Positions 57,208-64,000 of a DNA stretch of 64,000 bases are shown here, piece by piece. The stretch's first letter is position 1. Each line of letters begins with the position of its first letter. The stretch is from an uncultured Acidobacteriota bacterium (lineage in GTDB: Bacteria; Acidobacteriota; Thermoanaerobaculia; Multivoradales; JAHEKO01). A program made the translations under genes and the position numbers. The notes beneath the pieces were generated by a model that did no database searches, was not told the origin of the DNA, and was given only the letters and a program-made list of their open reading frames with translations. The DNA lies in contig CAVQNG010000014.1 in assembly GCA_963713825.1 (NCBI GenBank), forward strand, positions 224,001 to 288,000, given 5' to 3'.

Positions 57208-58569
57208 CTAGGGGAAGGTTTGCGACCAAGCGTCGGTGCTGGCCGATTCGAAGCCGTCGCGAAAGAAGAGCCCTGTTACCTCGTCGGCGCCAGCGTCAGG
57301 CTGATCGTCTCGCGACTCTAGGTCGATGTCGCCATCGGCTATGCCGTTTGGCAGGGCAGTACCGCTGTCGATGGGTCCAGAAGCACCGGCTGTGAGATGC
57401 AGATCGCCGAGGGTGGGTTCGACAAACCAGTCCAGTGGGGCGCCGGCAAGGTTGGTCGTGAGACTGGCAGAGGCGCCGTTACGTGACAGCAGGGTATGGC
57501 TGACGAGGTTATTCGTGATCTCGGCCAGGGTATTCTCGAAGCGCCATTCGATCGACGACGAGCTTGGGCTCTGGGTCGAGACAGCGCTGTTGTGGTAGAT
57601 GCCCGTGCCATGAGCTTGTTCGAGTCCGACCGCGGTGTCGAAACCATATTCGGATTGAAACAGTCGCGAGTCCGCAGCTGCTATGAAATTGTTGCGAATC
57701 ACGCCGTCGTAGTGGCCGATGTATGAGATTCCCGAATAGGGGTCGTCTGGATAGGTACGACTGGCTCCAGTCGAGCCGAGTCCGAAGCCGATGCCTCGCG
57801 CGCAGTCGAGGATGACATTTTCCTCGACGATCGTGTCGCGCGAGGCGGACCAGAAGTGCACGCCGTGCTCTGCGAGCCCACTAAGACACCAGAAGCCCTC
57901 GATCCGATTGCGTCGGATCAGCCAGCCCCAGGCCTGGTGAGCATCGATACCCCCCGTGTAGCAGTTCGAGACGTTCGGCCGTCCCGCGTCGGTGAGCTCG
58001 ATAAGGCTGCACTCGATCGTCCCGTTGTCGGCGAAACCGTCTCCGACGGGGTTGATCTTGATGGCCTGCTCGCCCGGGTCGACGATCCTCACATTGTGAA
58101 TCATCACCCCGGTAATGGGGTGGCCGGGGGAACCGGAGACATGAATCGGATGGTGGTAGGCCCTCTTCAGGGTCAGATCGGCAATGACCACATTCGATGC
58201 ACGAATGGAGGCCAGCTCGGCGGTGGTGTAGGCGCCATCCAGCACCACGGCATCACGATTGCCGCTTGCCGAACGCATGGTGACCCCTGGTGTTGCGAAG
58301 GAAAGCCAGTTCTCTCCGCTCATGTCGTAGAGTCCATCACTGAGCAGCAGAGTCGTTCCTGACGAAGCACCGGCCACGATGGCCTGGAGTTGATTGGCTT
58401 GCGAGGGTTGGACCTCGATGATCGTGCCACTCGGAGGAGGCAGCGGGGCACAGGGAGGCTGAGCGGAAGAGGGCGACGCCACCATGATGAGGGCGGCGAG
58501 AAACCCCTGAGCGACGATTCTGGTCACAGCTCGATGTCCTGGAGCCGGGTGGCTCGGAAGTCCGTGCAC
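57208..58569 (-). CDS. Secreted right-handed beta-helix protein with C-terminal F.DGFE motif
   Basis: Signal peptide; repeated I..N.I units, GGIDAH, PDAGADE; ends FFRDGFESASTDAWS. Confidence 0.75.
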   Translation of the reverse strand: MHGLPSHPAPGHRAVTRIVAQGFLAALIMVASPSSAQPPCAPLPPPSGTIIEVQPSQANQLQAIVAGASSGTTLLLSDGLYDMSGENWLSFATPGVTMRSASGNRDAVVLDGAYTTAELASIRASNVVIADLTLKRAYHHPIHVSGSPGHPITGVMIHNVRIVDPGEQAIKINPVGDGFADNGTIECSLIELTDAGRPNVSNCYTGGIDAHQAWGWLIRRNRIEGFWCLSGLAEHGVHFWSASRDTIVEENVILDCARGIGFGLGSTGASRTYPDDPYSGISYIGHYDGVIRNNFIAAADSRLFQSEYGFDTAVGLEQAHGTGIYHNSAVSTQSPSSSSIEWRFENTLAEITNNLVSHTLLSRNGASASLTTNLAGAPLDWFVEPTLGDLHLTAGASGPIDSGTALPNGIADGDIDLESRDDQPDAGADEVTGLFFRDGFESASTDAWSQTFP

Positions 58570-58655
58570 TGGAAACTGTAGAGGCTAGTGGAGCAGTGGA
58601 CTGTGACTTCCTTCACAGTCCAATGCCCTCGGATTCGCACCCATTTGGGCGCCGC

Positions 58656-60062
58656 TCAAAGAGTCGCTTCAGCGGAGCTCGGAGGTAGCCAGCAGGTGAC
58701 CACGATTCCACCTTGAGGCCGTATCTGCAGACTGAGCTTGCCGCCGTGCGCTTCGAGGATCTCTCGGCAGAGTGGGAGGCCCAATCCGCTGCCGGTCTGT
58801 TTTGTCGAGTAGAAGGGCAAGAGCGCTTTGCGGAGATTCTCCTCGTCCATTCCGCGACCCCGATCCAGGACCTGGATGTAGGTGCCTCCCCCGCGAGTGG
58901 AATCGACTCGAAGGGTGATGTCCTGCGGGTCTTCGGAGGCTTCGACCGCATTCTTGAACAGATTCACCAGGACCTGCTGCAGCTGGCCGGGGTCGAAGTA
59001 GCCGGGACGCGTCGGCAGGCTCCCAGCCACAGCCACCTGGGGAAACTCGCTGAACCGGCCTAGAAACTCTTCCCAGTCGACCGCCTCGTATTGCGGCGCA
59101 GGAAGGCGCGCAAAGCGAGCATAGCCCTCGATGAAGCGTGACAGGTGCTCCAGCCGTTCCTCCATGGTGCTGTAGATCTCGTCTGCGCGGTCAGCATGGC
59201 GTGGTTCCCGTGCGACGATTCTCGCAGAGTGCAGGAGGGAAGAGATGGGAGCAAGAGAGTTATTGAGCTCGTGAGAGATGACTCGTATGACTCGTTTCCA
59301 GATGGCCGCCTCCTGGCGGCCAAGATCGCCAGTCATGCGACGCAGCAGGATCAGCCGGTGTGAGCGTCGATTGAGCTGGAAGACCCGCTGCGAAAGATGA
59401 TAGGTCTCGACGACGTCCTCGGACTGGACGGAGAAGAGCCCATCGGTGTTCCCAGTGAGGATCTGCCTCATCTGCTCTGGCAGGCCGTCCCGCAGCTCGG
59501 AGAAGCTCCTGCCCTCGAGCTTGGCGCCTCCCAGAAGCAAGCGGCGCGCCTCCTGATTGGAGTAGATGACTCGGTCTGAGTGATTGACCAGGGTAATCGC
59601 CACCGGTGACTGATTGAGGGCTGCCTGTAGGAGCAGCTCCCGTTCTCGCATGTCGCGTCGCTCGCTTTGCAGAATGGTCCCGACCTCGTTGTAGAGCTGA
59701 GCGATCTGTCCGAATTCGTCAGAGCGACGGCTTTGGAGTCGGACACTGAAGTCTCGATCCCGGAAGCTCCGGATCCCGTCGGAGAGGTCCTCGAGGATCC
59801 CTTCGATGGGGCGCAAGAGGCGGGTGATGAGCCATGCACCGACAGGGAAGGCGACCAGGAGCACCAACAGGAAAATACTCCAGGGGCCCAAGCCAGATTT
59901 CGTTCCCAAGGCGGCGAGCGCCGCCATCATGACGAGAATTGCGAGAAATCCGGCCGTAACCCTACCGGCGAACGAGACTCTCGGTCGGGCGTAGGAAACC
60001 TCGGGCCGTTCGACAAGGGGAATCGCGGTTCGTCGTGCTGGAGGGTCTGGATCAGAGCTCAT
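58656..60062 (-). CDS. HAMP-PAS sensor histidine kinase (NtrY-like)
   Basis: RVISHELNNSLAPI, NLFKNA, DRGRG, PFYSTK, GSGLGL. Confidence 0.9.
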   Translation of the reverse strand: MSSDPDPPARRTAIPLVERPEVSYARPRVSFAGRVTAGFLAILVMMAALAALGTKSGLGPWSIFLLVLLVAFPVGAWLITRLLRPIEGILEDLSDGIRSFRDRDFSVRLQSRRSDEFGQIAQLYNEVGTILQSERRDMRERELLLQAALNQSPVAITLVNHSDRVIYSNQEARRLLLGGAKLEGRSFSELRDGLPEQMRQILTGNTDGLFSVQSEDVVETYHLSQRVFQLNRRSHRLILLRRMTGDLGRQEAAIWKRVIRVISHELNNSLAPISSLLHSARIVAREPRHADRADEIYSTMEERLEHLSRFIEGYARFARLPAPQYEAVDWEEFLGRFSEFPQVAVAGSLPTRPGYFDPGQLQQVLVNLFKNAVEASEDPQDITLRVDSTRGGGTYIQVLDRGRGMDEENLRKALLPFYSTKQTGSGLGLPLCREILEAHGGKLSLQIRPQGGIVVTCWLPPSSAEATL

Positions 60063-61482
60063 CGGGGCCGCCTTTGGCTCGGCGCTCGAGCTCGATTCCG
60101 AGTCGTTCCATCTTCCGATAGAGCGCTTGACGGGAGATTCCCAGGAGACTGGCAGCATGTGCGACGACACCTTGCGCCTTGGAGAGAGCTCGAAGGACCT
60201 GCTTGTGCTCGGCGATGTCTTCGGCCCTTACCGTCTTCGACGAGGCGTCCGGTGGCGGCAGCTCCTCTTCGTTGACGAGTCCGAGATCGATCGCAGTGAT
60301 CTCTGCGCCTGGCGCCACGAGGGTGGCTCGGTGGACTCGATTCTCGAGCTCCCGAACGTTGCCGGGCCAATCGTGCTCCACGAGGGCGATTCTTGCCCTC
60401 TCACTGAAATCGGTGGCTCGGGATCCTCCCCCGTCGGCAAGCTTCTTCAGGAAGAACTCGGCCAAGGGAAGAATGTCGTCGCATCTCTCCTGGAGGCCAG
60501 GAACCTCGAGCTCGACGACATTGAGTCGAAAGAACAGGTCCTCGCGAAAGGAGCCCGACGCGATGGCTGCGGTCAAATTGGCATTGGTGGCACTCAGCAC
60601 CCGAACATCGGAGTGTAGTGTTCGACTACTGCCCAACCGCTGGAAGTCGCCACTTTGCAGGATGCGTAGCAGCTTGACCTGTCCGCTCAAAGAGAGGGCA
60701 TCGATCTCATCCAGGAACAGTGTCCCTCCGGCGGCCGACTCGAAGTGGCCGATGCGGCGTTTCTCGAGTCCGGTATAGGCCCCTACCTCGGCCCCGAAGA
60801 GCTCGCTCTCCATCAGCTCTTCCGGAATCGCTCCCACGTTGACCCGGATGAAAGGCCCCTGACTGCGGCGTGAGTTTGCCTGGACGATCTCGGCCAGCCT
60901 CTCCTTCCCGGAGCCGCTGGGGCCGGTGATCAACACGGGGGCGTCCGATCCGGCGATGCTCACGGCCAGCGAAATCGTGCGGTGAAGAGCCTCGCTCTCG
61001 TAGACGATGCCGCAGAGATCGTACTGGTCGGCCAGGCTTCGTCGTGTGGCGCGAACTTCGGCCTTCAACTGGTCGTTCTCGAGCTGCAGGGCCCTCAGTT
61101 GGAGGAGGTTACGCACCGCGGCCAGCAGCTTGTCGTCGTCCCATGGCTTTTCGATGTAGTCGCTGGCACCCTCCTTGACCAGCTGAACGGCGGTCTCGAG
61201 GGAGGCCCAGGCCGTCATCAGGAGAATGGGAACATCTGCCTGGGTTCGTCGGAGGGCGCGAAAGAGGTCGATCCCCTGTTCACCCGATGTCTGGCTGCGA
61301 CCGAAGTTCATGTCCTGGAGGACCGCTCCAAGGGTTTGGCTTCGGGCGATCCGCAGCGCCTCCTCAGGCGACGACGCTTTCAGATTAGCGATGTCGTGCA
61401 GGTCCAGGAGGACTTCAAGCGCTTTGACGACCGCAGGTTGGTCGTCGACAATCAGAATGGGTAGGGGAGAGACGTCGCTCAC
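60052..61482 (-). CDS. Sigma54-dependent response regulator (GAYTGL variant)
   Basis: IVDD, QDMNF, GPSGSGKE, GAYTGL, FLDEI, WPGNVREL, HTH. Confidence 0.92.
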   Translation of the reverse strand: MSDVSPLPILIVDDQPAVVKALEVLLDLHDIANLKASSPEEALRIARSQTLGAVLQDMNFGRSQTSGEQGIDLFRALRRTQADVPILLMTAWASLETAVQLVKEGASDYIEKPWDDDKLLAAVRNLLQLRALQLENDQLKAEVRATRRSLADQYDLCGIVYESEALHRTISLAVSIAGSDAPVLITGPSGSGKERLAEIVQANSRRSQGPFIRVNVGAIPEELMESELFGAEVGAYTGLEKRRIGHFESAAGGTLFLDEIDALSLSGQVKLLRILQSGDFQRLGSSRTLHSDVRVLSATNANLTAAIASGSFREDLFFRLNVVELEVPGLQERCDDILPLAEFFLKKLADGGGSRATDFSERARIALVEHDWPGNVRELENRVHRATLVAPGAEITAIDLGLVNEEELPPPDASSKTVRAEDIAEHKQVLRALSKAQGVVAHAASLLGISRQALYRKMERLGIELERRAKGGPDEL

Positions 61483-61620
61483 GAGCTGATTCTAGCCTCA
61501 CGTCGATGATGGTCTACCGGTGGTTGCCTTGCAGCCTTCCTCCTGGTGTGAGAGCTCTCGTCTCGAGTCCTCCGGTTCCCTGCTGAACCGGTACGGGAGA
61601 GGTTCCTGTTGGTTGCAGGT

Positions 61621-62844
61621 TCACACTGTGCGTGTCGCAATCTCGGGAGCCACCTTGGAGGCTCGGATCGCCGGCAACAGTGCGGCGACGATACCAGTGA
61701 TCCAGAGAGCAATCGGCCCACCAGCGAGCAGATACCAGTCCATCTTGGGAGCGTCAGCGGCGTTCGTCAAAGCGACATTCAATCCGATGGTCAGGGCAAG
61801 GCCCAAGGCGAGACCGAAGCCGGTGATCATCCAATTCTCGACGAGGAAATGTCTCACGATATCGACTCGTGTCGCACCGAGAGCTCTCCGTGTGCCGATC
61901 TGTCGCATTCTTTCGGTGACGGAGAACGAGGTCAGACCGATGATTCCAATCGAGGTCACCGCAACCAGAAGGATGATGACCACGGTGAGGATTTTGATGA
62001 GTGCGAGGTTCATGACGAAGACTCGTCGTTTCACCTCTTGCATTGTCCGAATGGTAATGACGCGGCCGGGCTCGGTACGTCGCATGAGGTCCTCGAGCTC
62101 CGAATATACGGAGTCCGCGGCTCCAGGATCGGCCCTCACGATGTATCTCATTCGGTACTCGTTGCCCGGCTTGCCAGGTAGGAGCATGGTGTCATCGCCA
62201 TACCGTGAAGTGGGCCAGGAGTTGAGCAGGGTGCCGACGACACCAACCACAGTCTCGCCGCGGTCGCCACTGTCGTTTTGAATGACCTTGCCGACTGCGC
62301 TCTCGTCAGGGAAGAGCTTCTGAGCCAGTGAGCGGTTCAGGATGACGGAACGCACCGGCTCGCCGTTCTGGTAGGCGTCTTGGTCGTAGTCGAAGTCGGC
62401 TGCCGTGAAATCTCTACCCTCGATGAGCTCTACATCGAGCGTTTGAATCGCCCTCTCCGTGACAACGAACATTGGCGCCACCGTCGTGTCTAACTCCGAT
62501 CCTGCTGGCCGACGGTTCGTGGCGCTTCCCGAGCCACTCAAGGGGATCTGATGAAACCCTGCGGCCTCGACAACCCCCGGATACGAGCGCAGCCTGAGCA
62601 AGTCTTCAGCGCGTAGGGAGTCGACAAACTCCTCTTCCTTGAACTCGGGTGCGAAGGGCTCGGTGGCAACGACGAGAAGGTGGTCCTCGCTCATCCCCGA
62701 GGGCTTGAGGAACTCGGACCGCATGTCGAGCATGATGTTGATGCAGTTGGTGACGATGGCCAGGGTAAGGGCCACCTCTAGTGCGATCAGCCAGAAGCGG
62801 GACTTGTTGTGCATCAGGGCGCGAAAGATGGGGCCTAATTCCAT
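61621..62844 (-). CDS. MacB/FtsX-family ABC transporter permease
   Basis: N-terminal TM, periplasmic domain, QIGTRRALGA, PAIRAS..PE.A. Confidence 0.9.
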   Translation of the reverse strand: MELGPIFRALMHNKSRFWLIALEVALTLAIVTNCINIMLDMRSEFLKPSGMSEDHLLVVATEPFAPEFKEEEFVDSLRAEDLLRLRSYPGVVEAAGFHQIPLSGSGSATNRRPAGSELDTTVAPMFVVTERAIQTLDVELIEGRDFTAADFDYDQDAYQNGEPVRSVILNRSLAQKLFPDESAVGKVIQNDSGDRGETVVGVVGTLLNSWPTSRYGDDTMLLPGKPGNEYRMRYIVRADPGAADSVYSELEDLMRRTEPGRVITIRTMQEVKRRVFVMNLALIKILTVVIILLVAVTSIGIIGLTSFSVTERMRQIGTRRALGATRVDIVRHFLVENWMITGFGLALGLALTIGLNVALTNAADAPKMDWYLLAGGPIALWITGIVAALLPAIRASKVAPEIATRTV

Positions 62845-62860
62845 GGTGCGGTCCTTTCTT

Positions 62861-64000
62861 CTATTGCAGCTTCAGGTATGTGGCAGGAGCCACACGGCAG
62901 ATGCGCCATGCGGGGTACAACCCGGCAACCAGCCCAGCGAACAGCGACAGCATGAAGGCCGCGAAAACCATTGTCAGATCGAGATGAAAGGCGAGGCGGT
63001 TGTCGAACAGGCGGTTGATGAGCTCCAAAGCCAGCCACGAGAGACCAAGTCCGAGAACACCTCCAAGGAGGCCAACCACCTCACACTCGACGATGTGTTG
63101 CAGGAAGACCGACAGCCGACTGGCGCCCAGTGCTCGACGAACGCCCACCTCCGGGGCTCGCCCCAGGAACTTCCCCAGTAGTATTCCGATGAGGTTCACA
63201 GAACAGACGATGAGAAACAGGATGGAGATGATGAGTAGCATCTTGGCTTCGTCTTGGACGACCTCTTCCGTCACCATATAGTCGGTGACGGAGAGCAGCA
63301 CGTTGTTGACGGGTCTGCCGTGGCGCCCCAACTTCTTTTGCTCCTGGGCATAGGCATCCAGAAAGGCCAGATACTCTTCCTTTTGCCGGCGGGAATTCAG
63401 TTCAACCCACATCTGAATCCAGACGGACTCCGACTCCAGAAAGTCCTGGTAGGTGTTTTGAGCGTAGGTCTTCCAGTTCGAATCGTTGCCGGAGCTGGCG
63501 ATTTCCATCGACTCGAGAAAGTTGAAGGGGATGAAGATCTCTTCTGGTTCCCCGAACGGGTTGTTGTTGAGATCGTAGAACTTGACGTCGGGTCGCCAAT
63601 CCCCGATGACGCCGACGACCGTGAACTCCTGGTTGTTGATTCGAATCCTCTGCCCGACGCTGTCCTCACCACCGAACAGTCGACGGTTGGTCTCAGCGCT
63701 GAGGACCACGACCGGTTCGAGGTCCTCATCGACGCTCGGTCCCCACGGACCTCCGAATTCGAAAGGGACCTCGAACATTGGAAAGAAGCCAGAGAAACAG
63801 AGCCGAGAGCTCGCCCGGTAGGGTTTGTCGTCGGCTCCTTCTGGCTGCACAGTCAGAGAGGACTTGAACATGCCGCTCTGGTAGGTGGGGATGTTGCTCT
63901 CCATGATGCTGCGCATGTCGCGATAGGAGACCTGGTTGGGTGGGCGGTCCGGATGGAACTCGTCGAAGGGGTCGTCAGGGTCCCAGGTGTCGATTTCCAC
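62861..64000 (-). CDS. MacB/FtsX-family ABC permease (5' end outside window)
   Basis: VVGV, EVGVRRALGA, GLYPAWR. Confidence 0.9.
   Translation of the reverse strand: MEIDTWDPDDPFDEFHPDRPPNQVSYRDMRSIMESNIPTYQSGMFKSSLTVQPEGADDKPYRASSRLCFSGFFPMFEVPFEFGGPWGPSVDEDLEPVVVLSAETNRRLFGGEDSVGQRIRINNQEFTVVGVIGDWRPDVKFYDLNNNPFGEPEEIFIPFNFLESMEIASSGNDSNWKTYAQNTYQDFLESESVWIQMWVELNSRRQKEEYLAFLDAYAQEQKKLGRHGRPVNNVLLSVTDYMVTEEVVQDEAKMLLIISILFLIVCSVNLIGILLGKFLGRAPEVGVRRALGASRLSVFLQHIVECEVVGLLGGVLGLGLSWLALELINRLFDNRLAFHLDLTMVFAAFMLSLFAGLVAGLYPAWRICRVAPATYLKLQ

Noticed and set aside
1-64000. CRISPR arrays, tRNA/rRNA, IS, prophage or known defence systems
   Set aside because: No spaced direct repeats, cloverleafs, transposase, integrase, phage or recognisable defence genes seen by eye; the PIN-like DUF434 alone is insufficient.

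Overview
A GC-rich, gene-dense stretch of bacterial chromosome with about 51 intact CDS and one chimeric pseudogene relic. I found no rRNA, tRNA, CRISPR array, transposase, integrase or phage gene. The gene repertoire (FG-GAP, VPS10/BNR, DUF885, DUF2911, FHA/Ser-Thr kinase, MacB permeases with a sigma54 two-component system, and a C-terminal F..DGFE..W motif) suggests Acidobacteriota, possibly Thermoanaerobaculia-like; this is inference only. Main highlights: (1) An Elp3 radical-SAM/KAT gene sits head-to-head, with ATGs 1 nt apart, with a Trm9/ALKBH8-like methyltransferase. This is a candidate archaeal/eukaryote-type mcm5U34 tRNA pathway in a bacterium. (2) A readable sigma54 unit (-24/-12 box, IHF-like site, two palindromic enhancer sites, terminator) drives bactofilin + OmpA. 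It is divergent from a QseEGF/GlrKR-like three-component system. (3) A putative lipid-reduction cluster: radical SAM, FAR-like protein, SDR, and a tail-anchored acyl-ACP-reductase-like fusion. Also noted: an RpoD paralog, an SPL-like radical SAM enzyme, a structured intergenic sRNA candidate, and an XRE module with a palindromic operator. All calls come from motif reading and recalled family knowledge; no database searches were run.
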